Positions 9,081 to 18,109 of a DNA stretch of 64,000 nucleotides are shown here, one piece after another. The stretch is from NCBI GenBank assembly GCA_028718605.1, contig JAQULM010000001.1:263422-327421 (forward strand), written 5' to 3'. The notes under the pieces are model-generated. The model was not told the origin of the DNA. It saw only the letters and a program-made list of their open reading frames with translations, and made no database searches. The first letter of the stretch is position 1. Every line of letters starts with the position of its first letter. Position numbers and translations under genes: made by a program. The stretch comes from Patescibacteria group bacterium. Lineage in GTDB: Bacteria; Patescibacteriota; Patescibacteriia; UBA10025; JAHIVO01.

Positions 9081-10976
9081 TTACTCAACAACCACCCCGC
9101 TGTTCCCAAGCAAGCCCCAGTTCCAGAGAAAACGGTCTTTGGTAAATAATTTCTCTCCCGAAAGCGGATCGAGCGTAATGATGGTCGTCGGGTTTTCCGC
9201 AGAACCGATGAATCCAACCACAACGCGCGTATGCTCGCCGTTCACCGCGACGACAGTGCCGCCTTGCGGCGTTTTCCAATCAATGCGCGTGCCCGAGCCT
9301 GCCGTGCCCCAGACAATAATGGGATTGCCTTTTTTTATTTCGGCGGTGAGATCGGCAATACCCCAGCCGGTAAACGAACGGGCAGGCCGGTACGCTTTCG
9401 CGGCATTCGCGATCGGGTCCCAGTACACGCCATAGCCAGTCGATGGCTGGTGGCCATCGATATCGCCGACAAACGCGGCATTCGGATTGCCCCAGATGCC
9501 GTTCGCTTTCGGTGTCTCATCAAAACCGATCGCGTCGATGATTGCAGCTTCCGATACGCTCACGCCGCGGTACGCAAGTGCCATCACGAGCGTGGCAATC
9601 TCGCAGCTCAGGTTATGCTCCTGGCGATGGAACGGCACGGAGAGCCGCGTAACGGATAATTCGGTCGAAAAACTGGATGAGAAAACAGACTCGGACTCAT
9701 ACCCGCCCTCCGCAGCAATTCCAGCCGCGATTGTTGCGGTATACGCAGTATTAAATCCCAGGCTCGCCTGCGGTATGAATACCATCGTCGTCCCGATCCA
9801 TGAAAATGCCCCATCGATTGCCGGCGAAATGGAAAAATGGTTTTCGGCTGACGCATGGTCAACTGCCTGGTCGAATTCAGCTTGTATGTGGGCATTCACG
9901 CTGATGCCGGTACTCCCATCTGATGGCGACATCCGTATAACTTTAACAGGGGCAATCGTTGAGAATGTATGTACCGCGTCTTGCTCAAGGTACCCGCCAC
10001 TCTCCATGCCCAAACCTTGTTTCAAAGTAATGGTATAGAGCGTCGCTTTCTCCAAACTCGTCGGTTTAAATACGGCCGCTGAGCCGTCCTGTACTGCCCA
10101 TGTTCCTGCAAGCTCAGGTTCTATGCTTACATTTTCTCGCAGAGACGCGAGATCAATGTCATCGGTAAAATTGATAACTATCTGCTCCCCGAGCCCCACA
10201 CTTGAGCCACTCGGGGCAAAACTCTTGATTCCCGGCGCTTCTGGCACCGGCCACGTATCTTCAGATACAAGCATCGGATCGCTCTGCTGGACAACGGTGT
10301 CAGTACCAAGCTGATATCTAAGTGTTTTTCGGTATATCCCGAGCGTGTACTGCTGGCCCTGCGAGAGTACTGTTTCTGGCCGTATGGTGAATGAGCGCCT
10401 ATCAGCACTCATCTTGGTTTCAAGGGGAGCAGACGGCTGTAGGCGGAATTCGTATGAAGACGTTACATCGCATGGCTGGTCAAGTGTCACTGTCCATGTG
10501 CCGTCAGGCCTGAACTCCTCGCCCGGTTCCGGCTGGATCGAAGCTACCATGGCCGATGGCTGCACAGTAAATGAATACGTATAATATTTCACGGTACGGA
10601 GCGGCGTGAGGGCGCTCGCAACGCGCTCAACGGTCACGGAATACGTCACGCCGGGCAGCCAGGTTACTTCCGGTCTGAATACGACCGTGCGCGCCAGGTG
10701 CCCCGGAACAACCCATCCGGAATATTCGACCGAGCCGTATACATGCGGCATCGTGACGATGCGGACATCTCTTCCGACCGGCCAGTCAAAATCAAATCGT
10801 AACTCAGCATCAGCTGCGACCTGTTTGCCGGCATCCTTAAACTGGGGCTTCGGCTGCTTGAATACAACAATGATCGCAACAGCGACAAATAAAATAAAGA
10901 CGGCAGTGCATGCTGCGTACAAAAACAGGAAGCCGCGTTTGTGGTGTATCCCTTGGTTTGTATTCGGTAATGCCAT
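9081..10976 (-). CDS. Membrane-anchored multidomain protein with Ig-like repeats and a C-terminal Peptidase_C39_2-like domain
   Basis: 631 aa with an N-terminal TM, repeated beta-rich segments (WxxPGVTYSVTV-type), and a C-terminal VPFHRQEHNLSCEIATLVMALAYRGV motif (a C39_2 catalytic Cys context). Confidence 0.55.
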   Translation of the reverse strand: MALPNTNQGIHHKRGFLFLYAACTAVFILFVAVAIIVVFKQPKPQFKDAGKQVAADAELRFDFDWPVGRDVRIVTMPHVYGSVEYSGWVVPGHLARTVVFRPEVTWLPGVTYSVTVERVASALTPLRTVKYYTYSFTVQPSAMVASIQPEPGEEFRPDGTWTVTLDQPCDVTSSYEFRLQPSAPLETKMSADRRSFTIRPETVLSQGQQYTLGIYRKTLRYQLGTDTVVQQSDPMLVSEDTWPVPEAPGIKSFAPSGSSVGLGEQIVINFTDDIDLASLRENVSIEPELAGTWAVQDGSAAVFKPTSLEKATLYTITLKQGLGMESGGYLEQDAVHTFSTIAPVKVIRMSPSDGSTGISVNAHIQAEFDQAVDHASAENHFSISPAIDGAFSWIGTTMVFIPQASLGFNTAYTATIAAGIAAEGGYESESVFSSSFSTELSVTRLSVPFHRQEHNLSCEIATLVMALAYRGVSVSEAAIIDAIGFDETPKANGIWGNPNAAFVGDIDGHQPSTGYGVYWDPIANAAKAYRPARSFTGWGIADLTAEIKKGNPIIVWGTAGSGTRIDWKTPQGGTVVAVNGEHTRVVVGFIGSAENPTTIITLDPLSGEKLFTKDRFLWNWGLLGNSGVVVE

Positions 10977-11000
10977 AGTCTCGCGCCGCAGAACAGCTGA

Positions 11001-11240
11001 CTACTCTTCCATGATATCCTCGTCAATCGCCTCGCGGTCCTTCACGGTCGCTTTCACGGGCGGCTCCTTCTTCCGCATTACCGTAACAAGTCCGAGGATG
11101 ATTCCGACAACACCGACGAGTATCATCAAGCCCACGTGCCAATCCGGAAGCGCAACCCCCTCAATGTCGAACACGAGAAAAATAATGCCGTCAATGCACA
11201 GGAGGATCCCCACCACGAGCGTAAACCATGCTGTCGCCAT
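11001..11240 (-). CDS. Small two-TM membrane protein, hypothetical
   Basis: 79 aa, hydrophobic, with an acidic C-tail. No Shine-Dalgarno. Confidence 0.35.
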   Translation of the reverse strand: MATAWFTLVVGILLCIDGIIFLVFDIEGVALPDWHVGLMILVGVVGIILGLVTVMRKKEPPVKATVKDREAIDEDIMEE

Positions 11241-11361
11241 AGAGCTACGTTCAATAATTATGCGTAATGCACCTAATGGATAGGCGCGTATGATTGATTA
11301 TATCATATCAAAAACGCAAAATAAACCATGCCAAAAAAACGGTAATTGACCGCCTTCGTCG

Positions 11362-11397
11362 AAAAAAAATCCACTGTCCCCCCTCAAGAACAGTGGA
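11362..11397 (-). terminator. Rho-independent terminator downstream of the KAS III-like gene
   Basis: On the minus strand, TCCACTG ... CAGTGGA stem followed by TTTTTTTT. Confidence 0.6.
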
Positions 11398-11469
11398 TGC
11401 TATAAGCGATCCGATTGAACCATGTTTGACAGACATCGACTGCAATAAGTGCGGCCAGAACTATTTCTC

Positions 11470-12615
11470 CTATTTGAGGCTCCAGCGTAAGAATACAACA
11501 CGCCAGAAGTAGCCGCCACCCATGACAACGATCATCACGGTACGGCCAGGCAGGAGAATCTTGTTCTCGTAAGCATGAACCATGCCACGCGGCACGGACG
11601 CACTGGTCGTGTTGCCGTCTGTCTCGATCGTACGGGACACATACCCTGTGAAGCCAAGGGCACGGAGCGGCCGCTCAAACGCATCAGTTATTCGGCCATT
11701 CGCCTGGTGCGGAAAAATCACGTTAATGCTTGATGGAGTGTAGCCACACTTTTCAAGCGCCTCGGGTATGACGTGATTCTTGAGAAAACGAACCAGCTCC
11801 TTGAACACGGTGTTGCCATCCATATGGAGCTTCGTGCCGCTGAACAACGGATCTTTCTTGATTAGATCGACCGTGAGAGGCGTTCGTGATCCGCCGACTG
11901 GTGCAATGATCCGCGAAGCTTTCGTCCAATCACCGCCAGCATAGAAAGCGTTGACTTCGATATCGGTTTCCTCATAAGGTACCCGCTTCAGCAGGATCGC
12001 CCCAGCCCCATCCCCGAGTATCGGACAAAAGCCTCTGTCGCTCCAATCCGTGATGGTACTCATTTTATCGGCACCGATCACGAGTGCGTACTCGCATCTG
12101 CCGAGCATGATATCGTCAACTGCATCCTGAAGTGCAGCGACAAAAGACGAGCAAGCGAGCTGGTGATCGCATGCGATGAGCTCATGGAGTTGCGTATCCT
12201 CGATATCCCAAATTGGAATACCAAGTCCTTCTGCAACGAGCGAAGCGGTTGGGGATGAAGCGTGATAGTCTGGTGTGACTGTCGCGATACGGAGCGATCC
12301 AATCTGATCAGGCGTTACCCCAGCTTTACTCAGTGCCTTTTTCCCTGCCTGAATGGCCAAATCGGACGTTGCAAGTCCAGCGGGTGCTATCCTGCGTTGC
12401 CGGATCTGAAGCCGCTCTTCAATCCACGGACCGCTGGTTTCGTAACGTTCAGCAATTTCAGGAGGAAACTGCTTGACATGGAGAAGCTTCGCGTCCGTCT
12501 TTCTCCGTGCCAGCAATTCACTTGCCAGTCGATCATTCGTGAGGATAGTCTCGGGACCAAGATCGTCACCTGCAATGCTGACAATCTTTACTCCAAATAC
12601 GTTTGGGACCGCCAT
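11470..12615 (-). CDS. 3-oxoacyl-ACP synthase III (FabH)-like condensing enzyme
   Basis: 381 aa with FPHQANGRI (His), GNTTSASVP (Asn) and a LACSSFVAAL Cys context, giving a KAS III-like Cys-His-Asn triad. GGGAGG Shine-Dalgarno 5 nt before the ATG. Confidence 0.7.
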   Translation of the reverse strand: MAVPNVFGVKIVSIAGDDLGPETILTNDRLASELLARRKTDAKLLHVKQFPPEIAERYETSGPWIEERLQIRQRRIAPAGLATSDLAIQAGKKALSKAGVTPDQIGSLRIATVTPDYHASSPTASLVAEGLGIPIWDIEDTQLHELIACDHQLACSSFVAALQDAVDDIMLGRCEYALVIGADKMSTITDWSDRGFCPILGDGAGAILLKRVPYEETDIEVNAFYAGGDWTKASRIIAPVGGSRTPLTVDLIKKDPLFSGTKLHMDGNTVFKELVRFLKNHVIPEALEKCGYTPSSINVIFPHQANGRITDAFERPLRALGFTGYVSRTIETDGNTTSASVPRGMVHAYENKILLPGRTVMIVVMGGGYFWRVVFLRWSLK

Positions 12616-12734
12616 ACGGTCCTCCCTTCTTCTATTGTGGTGAACATTGTTTATTTCAAATCAAACGACCATAGCGTATATCCAAAACACTCGTCTGGTC
12701 AAAACGAGCATTTTTTATATTAGTTATTTGAAAA

Positions 12735-13085
12735 TTACTTTCTTGTTATCGCGTTCGTAAACCACGAAATAACCCACAGGATAACAGCGCCAATGATCGC
12801 CGTCGGCCAAAACGAATCAATTGAAAAGCCTGGGACAAATTCGGCCGTGAGCCACAGGAATCCTGCATTGATGACCAATGTTGACAAGCCGAGCGTTACT
12901 ATTGTAACAGGCAGGGTTAATATAACTAAAATCGGTTTGAGCACGGCGTTTGCGATGCCTAAAATCAGCGCGGTCACAATTGCTGCCGGCCAGAAGTTAT
13001 CAACTAAAAATCCCGGTACCAAATATGCGACAACGAGCAACGCCCCTGCATTGAGAGCTAAACGAATGATTATTTTCATATACAA
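12735..13085 (-). CDS. YvlD / phage-holin-4_2 family 4-TM membrane protein
   Basis: 116 aa with LVVAYLVPGF ... FWPAAI ... LGIANAVLKPILVILTLPVTIVTLGL ... VINA pattern. Uses a TTG start at 13085; the alternative is ATG at 13079. Confidence 0.6.
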   Translation of the reverse strand: MYMKIIIRLALNAGALLVVAYLVPGFLVDNFWPAAIVTALILGIANAVLKPILVILTLPVTIVTLGLSTLVINAGFLWLTAEFVPGFSIDSFWPTAIIGAVILWVISWFTNAITRK

Positions 13086-13196
13086 ATTAATTATCGTACC
13101 GAGCTCACAGGTCTCGCGGGCCCCGGAACGAGGTACACCTGAAAGGAAAAAAGAGTAATGAGGAAAAAACCATTAGTTGTTTCCTCATGACGATGT

Positions 13197-13268
13197 ACCG
13201 CCTACGGGAATCGAACCCGTGTTTCCGCCGTGAGAGGGCGACGTCCTAGCCACTAGACGAAGGCGGCA
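13197..13268 (-). tRNA. tRNA-Glu (anticodon CUC), no CCA encoded
   Basis: Cloverleaf folded by hand: acceptor GCCGCCU, D-arm GUCU/GGAC, anticodon stem UCGCC/GGCGG with loop CUCUCAC, T-arm ACGGG-UUCGAUU-CCCGU. Close match to bacterial tRNA-Glu architecture. G1-U72 wobble. Confidence 0.75.
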
Positions 13269-13460
13269 TAGAGGCTACTGCGTATTAGATGCAAAACATG
13301 AAGCGGCGGAGATTAGCTTCAACATTGTAGGTGCTCATAGGCCATCATGTCAAGCATCGCGGGCTATAGCCTCCAAAGGATCTTCCTGCCAGCCTTCGCC
13401 TGCAGACAAAAAATGCCCCCGTACCTTTGGGTAAAAAACCGGTAGATACTGCCCACTGCG

Positions 13461-13637
13461 CTAGTTCTTTCGCCGGACCTCGAAATAGATTGCCGCGAGG
13501 AAAGCTGCCGCAGACATCTGGAGAAAGAAGAAAGATGATACGATGATCTTTTCCCCATACAGTTCTGTGAAGAACCCGAAAATACCACACATAACGCCAA
13601 ATACGGCAAACGCAAGCGGAATATAAGGGCTTTTCAT
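13461..13637 (-). CDS. Small hydrophobic protein (58 aa), hypothetical
   Basis: MKSPYIPLAFAVFGVMCGIFGFFTELYGEKIIVSSFFFLQMSAAAFLAAIYFEVRRKN. A GGAGGTGA Shine-Dalgarno sits 9 nt before the ATG. Below the ORF-track size cutoff. Confidence 0.4.
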   Translation of the reverse strand: MKSPYIPLAFAVFGVMCGIFGFFTELYGEKIIVSSFFFLQMSAAAFLAAIYFEVRRKN

Positions 13638-13697
13638 TCCATCTCACCTCCCCTCGCTTGTTCTGTTTTTTTCATAATCAAATTCTCTGATAAATGC

Positions 13698-14696
13698 TTA
13701 AGCCATACGTTCGCACAGGCGCACAAGTGCGCATGAATATCCCCATTCATTATCATACCATGAAACGACTTTCAGAAGATCGCCATCGATGACTTTTGTA
13801 AGTGCAAGATCAACGATTGAGGCATGCGGATTACCAATAATATCCGATGAAACGATTGGTGCGTCGGTTGCATCAAGCACGTCCTTAAACTGCGGCGTAT
13901 CTTTTGCAGCAACAAACGCTGCATTCACACCTTCAACAGTTACCGGTTTCTTTGTCACAATTGTGAAATCAGACAGAGAAACGACTGGGACAGGAACCCG
14001 CAATGCAATGCCGTCAAAAATGCCCGCGAGGTCCGGGACAACTTCGCCCATCGCCGATGCCGCGCCAGTTGACGTCGGGACGATATTCATCGCGGCAGCG
14101 CGGGCGCGCCGCAAATCCTTCTTGTGCGACCCATCGACGAGATTCTGGTCCGCGGTATATGCATGGACGGTCGTCATCGCCGCTTTTTTAATTCCAAATT
14201 TCTTATGAATGATTGCCATGACCGGAGCGATGCAGTTGGTCGTGCATGATGCGTTGGAAACGATATCCTGGTCTTTCAACACATTGTCGTTCACCCCCAT
14301 TACGATTGTCTGGATATCACCGCCTTTTGCTGGAGCGGAGATAATGACACGCTTCGCGCCTGCATGCAAATGGGCAGCCGCATCGTCATGCTTGGTAAAT
14401 TTTCCAGTGGACTCAATGACGATATCAACATTCAGTTTTTTCCAGGGCAGCTTTGAGGGTTCTTTCTCGCCGACGATTGGGTATTTTTTCCCGTCGACAA
14501 TCAAACCGCCTTCATACGAAGAAACGTCGTGGTTCCAGACCCCGTAGATGGAATCATATTTCAGCAAATGGGCGGTCATGTCAGCTGGCGCGAGATTATT
14601 GATCGCGACGACCTCGATGTCTTTTTTGTCGTGCATGATTTTGAAGACTGCCTTGCCGACTCTGCCGAAACCATTGATTGCCACTCGAAGTGCCAT
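13698..14696 (-). CDS. gap: Glyceraldehyde-3-phosphate dehydrogenase, type I
   Basis: INGFGRVG N-terminus and ASCTTNC active-site motif. 332 aa. Confidence 0.95.
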   Translation of the reverse strand: MALRVAINGFGRVGKAVFKIMHDKKDIEVVAINNLAPADMTAHLLKYDSIYGVWNHDVSSYEGGLIVDGKKYPIVGEKEPSKLPWKKLNVDIVIESTGKFTKHDDAAAHLHAGAKRVIISAPAKGGDIQTIVMGVNDNVLKDQDIVSNASCTTNCIAPVMAIIHKKFGIKKAAMTTVHAYTADQNLVDGSHKKDLRRARAAAMNIVPTSTGAASAMGEVVPDLAGIFDGIALRVPVPVVSLSDFTIVTKKPVTVEGVNAAFVAAKDTPQFKDVLDATDAPIVSSDIIGNPHASIVDLALTKVIDGDLLKVVSWYDNEWGYSCALVRLCERMA

Positions 14697-14717
14697 AGTA
14701 GTATGTCGTTTTAATTA

Positions 14718-15602
14718 TTAAACTTTATTAATAAGTGTTGCCTTGCCCGCACTCCCGAACATCTCGAGCTTCGCCTCGACAACCCGCTGGATAGCCTGAA
14801 TCGACGGAGACAAGAGTTCTCGCGGATCGAATACCGTCGGGTTCTTCATGAGCATCTCGCGGAGCGCATTGGTGAATGAAAGGCGAATCTCTGTATCAAT
14901 ATTAATGATGCGAATCCCCCGCTTCATGCCTTCGAATATCTCGCTCTGTGGAAGCCCGGATGCACCATGCAGAACGAGCGGAATAGCAGGTATTGCATTG
15001 TGTATCGCCTCGAGCCTCCCCAAATCAAGGTCTGGATTTCCTTTCCGCATTTTAATAATCCCGTGGACATTACCGACCGCAACGGCAAGTGCATCGACCC
15101 CTGTTTTTCGGACGTATTCTTCGGCCTCTTCCGGCTTTGTCATTAATTTCGCGCGCTCCTCGGGGCTCACTTCTTCCAAGCCCCTCACAACGCCGAGTTC
15201 GCCCTGGACAAGCACCTCTCTGCCGTGGGCGAAATCAACCGCTTGCTTCGTAAGGAGCACATTTTCCATGAACGGCATGTCCGACGCATCCATCATAATC
15301 GACGAGAACCCGACCCTGATGCATTCCGCAACTGACCGGAATGTTTTCCCGTGGTCGAGATGGAGCGCGATCGGGATCACGCCAGCCTCAACTGATGAAA
15401 TCGTCTGCACGATATTCGTTATGGCTTTCAGGCCGGCGTAGCGGATGCTCGTTTCTGAAACTTGTAAAATAATCGGTGACCGCTTTGCGACCGCGGCTCG
15501 TACGACACCGAGTGTCGTTTCCAGGTTCTCGACATTGAACGCGCCCAGTGTATACTCATGGTCCGCGGCGTGCTTCAATAATTCTTTCAAATGCACGAGC
15601 AT
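14718..15602 (-). CDS. fba: Fructose-bisphosphate aldolase, class II
   Basis: 294 aa. Class II FBA/tagatose-bisphosphate aldolase pattern (LHLDHG, HGASG). Confidence 0.85.
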   Translation of the reverse strand: MLVHLKELLKHAADHEYTLGAFNVENLETTLGVVRAAVAKRSPIILQVSETSIRYAGLKAITNIVQTISSVEAGVIPIALHLDHGKTFRSVAECIRVGFSSIMMDASDMPFMENVLLTKQAVDFAHGREVLVQGELGVVRGLEEVSPEERAKLMTKPEEAEEYVRKTGVDALAVAVGNVHGIIKMRKGNPDLDLGRLEAIHNAIPAIPLVLHGASGLPQSEIFEGMKRGIRIINIDTEIRLSFTNALREMLMKNPTVFDPRELLSPSIQAIQRVVEAKLEMFGSAGKATLINKV

Positions 15603-15605
15603 GGG

Positions 15606-16397
15606 TTACAGTTTTTTCTGCTTAATAAATTCCATAACAATTTTTTGGAACGACGCCGCTTCCTTGCTTGCTCCGCCCACTAAAACTCCATCGATGTCAT
15701 CCATCGCTGCAAAACCGCCTACTGTTTCAGGTGTCACCGAACCTCCATAGAGAATACCGATGTCTTCAGCAATTGTCGATGTGGCAATCTCCGCGACAAG
15801 GCGGCGGATAAGCTTATGCACGACCTGGGCTGATTTGGGACTGTCTGCTTTGCCGTCTACGTTATGGACATTCGTGCTAATCGCCCAGACCGGTTCATAC
15901 GCGATTGCTACTTTTGCAATATCACGGGGTTCAAACCCTTCAAGGCAGGCACGCACATGATTTTGCACAACCCGCTTGGTATCGCCCGCTTCTTTCTCTT
16001 CATAGCTCTCTCCGAGGCAGATAACAGGAGTAATGCCGCGCTGTAGCGCCTGGCGCACCTTCTTGCCGACGACACCATCAGTCTCCTGGAAATGTTCACG
16101 GCGTTCCGAGTGCCCGACGAGAACGTACCGGCATCCAAAATCAGCGAGCTGGAGCGCTGACACCTCGCCAGTAAATGCGCCTCGGTCTTCCCAGAATACA
16201 TTCTGCGCCCCGACGGCAATCGCACGGGAACCAACCAGGCGCTGTACCCGTTCAAGGTGGACCAACGTAGCGCAGAGAATAACTTCAAGTTTCTTGAGCA
16301 CATCATCGCTGACAGTGAATTGCTGAAAAAAACGCTCAACCTGCGACAGGTCAAGATTCATCTTCCAATTTGCGATGACCAATGGCTTTCGATGCAT
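15606..16397 (-). CDS. tpiA: Triosephosphate isomerase
   Basis: ANWKMN, VGHSERR and GGS motifs. 263 aa. Confidence 0.95.
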   Translation of the reverse strand: MHRKPLVIANWKMNLDLSQVERFFQQFTVSDDVLKKLEVILCATLVHLERVQRLVGSRAIAVGAQNVFWEDRGAFTGEVSALQLADFGCRYVLVGHSERREHFQETDGVVGKKVRQALQRGITPVICLGESYEEKEAGDTKRVVQNHVRACLEGFEPRDIAKVAIAYEPVWAISTNVHNVDGKADSPKSAQVVHKLIRRLVAEIATSTIAEDIGILYGGSVTPETVGGFAAMDDIDGVLVGGASKEAASFQKIVMEFIKQKKL

Positions 16398-16536
16398 ACC
16401 CCCTATCCTACGCTCAATACTATTGATAGCATATCGTGTACTATCGAGATTTCGCGAGAATAATGCCTTTCCCCAGGCATACTGGTACTGTTGTTCTAGC
16501 CATAATAATAGCGTATTTTCAAGGTTTTGTAAAAAC

Positions 16537-17475
16537 CTACAGCCACCGGTAGCTCTGGAACGCCCACCCTATGAGTTCCTTTGCCTCGGCGAATCGCTCG
16601 TCGCTCGATGCACTCCGGAATAAGACCACAATAACGTTATTCCCACCCTTCATGGCCTCACAAGCGAATGTATAGCCGGCCTCATCAAGGTACCCCGTCT
16701 TGGCACCGACAAGGCCGAGATCTGCATCACCAAGGAGCACATTGGTGTTCCGTATCCGGTGGGAAATATGCTTATCAACGGTTTCAAATGAATATTCGTC
16801 TGTACTGAGAATGCTTGTTATTAAATTGTTTTGAAAGGCATAGCGTGCTATGCGGGCGTACTCGGTAACCGTTGAAACGTTCCTAGGATCCAATCCGGTT
16901 ACATCTGAAAATGAGGTGCTCTGGAGCCCGAGGCGTTGGACAACCGCGTTCATGCGCGCGATAAACTGTTCAGCCGTTAAGCCAGTAGACCGGGCGAGTG
17001 CTTTCGTCGCATTATTCGCGGACCCAACCAGGCTCGAGTATAGCAAATCACGGACTGTCACAACCTCTCCCGTCTTCACTTTGAGCGTGCTGCCCTCTAC
17101 GTCCGTAGTGTCTTCATCTGCGATTGTCACCTCTGTGTCGAGTGGAATATTTTGTTCGAGAAAAACAATTGCAGTCACGAGCTTTGTCAGGCTTGCGATC
17201 GGCAGTATTTCGCTCCCATGATGCTCCCAGAGCGTTGCACCCGATTTCGCGTCCAGTACAACAGCGGAATGTGCGGTTATCCGGCGAGAAGGATTTCCGA
17301 GGGGATTGATCCTCACCGGCGGAATCGTGCGTAAGATCCGATACGGCGGCTGATATTCCGTTTTAAGCAGCGTCTCGGTCAATTGAATACTCTCAGTACT
17401 TGAATATCCCACTGCTGCCATTGGATAGTCAGCATGGTTCAAGTACAAAAGCGTAATAAGCAAGAATGGAAACAT
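16537..17475 (-). CDS. D-alanyl-D-alanine carboxypeptidase (serine peptidase S11 / PBP5-like)
   Basis: Signal sequence, SLTKL (SxxK), SxN-like and KTG (GAKTGY) motifs. Confidence 0.8.
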   Translation of the reverse strand: MFPFLLITLLYLNHADYPMAAVGYSSTESIQLTETLLKTEYQPPYRILRTIPPVRINPLGNPSRRITAHSAVVLDAKSGATLWEHHGSEILPIASLTKLVTAIVFLEQNIPLDTEVTIADEDTTDVEGSTLKVKTGEVVTVRDLLYSSLVGSANNATKALARSTGLTAEQFIARMNAVVQRLGLQSTSFSDVTGLDPRNVSTVTEYARIARYAFQNNLITSILSTDEYSFETVDKHISHRIRNTNVLLGDADLGLVGAKTGYLDEAGYTFACEAMKGGNNVIVVLFRSASSDERFAEAKELIGWAFQSYRWL

Positions 17476-17487
17476 TTCGCGCGACGG

Positions 17488-18069
17488 TTATGCTGACACG
17501 GGACCGGAAGCGCCAGGATGGGGCTGGTCCTCGATTTTTCGCTCAAGAAGCTTTTTCAGATTCTCGTCTTGGTTGAGCTTTGCATAGTCCGGCAGTTCTT
17601 CGACACGGTGCAGCCCGAGAAACCGGAGGAATTCAAACGTGACGGTATACACCGCGGCCATCTTCCCGCGGTCGTCCCTCGTCTCGATAAGGCCTTTGAT
17701 AAGAAGATTTCTCAATATCAAGCTGCAATTAACGCCGCGGATCTGTTCAAGCTCTGCCTTGGTGATCGGACCGCGGTACGCGATGATGGTAAGGGTCTCG
17801 AGCGAGGGTTTCGTTAACTCGCCGGTTTGTTCCGCTTTTACGAAATTCTGGATAGTTCCGCTCGCATCAGGGCTCGTCGCCATCTGGTAGGAGGTTGCTG
17901 TTTTTTGGATCTGGACCCCCCGCTTGCCGTCTGCATACTCGCGCATGAGGTCATCTGCCGCCTGGACTGTCTGCTCGCGGGTGCAACCAAGCAGTTCAGT
18001 TAGCTTCACGATTGACACCGGCTTTCCGGAAACGAACAGCAGGCTCTCGATTAAATGCTTTGTTTCCAT
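17488..18069 (-). CDS. scpB: Segregation and condensation protein B
   Basis: ScpB winged-helix pattern (LIESLLFVSGKPVSI ... AYRGPITKAELEQIRGV). Start taken at the internal ATG 18069; the track ORF extends to 18183. Confidence 0.85.
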   Translation of the reverse strand: METKHLIESLLFVSGKPVSIVKLTELLGCTREQTVQAADDLMREYADGKRGVQIQKTATSYQMATSPDASGTIQNFVKAEQTGELTKPSLETLTIIAYRGPITKAELEQIRGVNCSLILRNLLIKGLIETRDDRGKMAAVYTVTFEFLRFLGLHRVEELPDYAKLNQDENLKKLLERKIEDQPHPGASGPVSA

Positions 18070-18109
18070 AGTGTTTCTACCTTGAATATCCTGATGAATA
18101 ATAAGCTTT

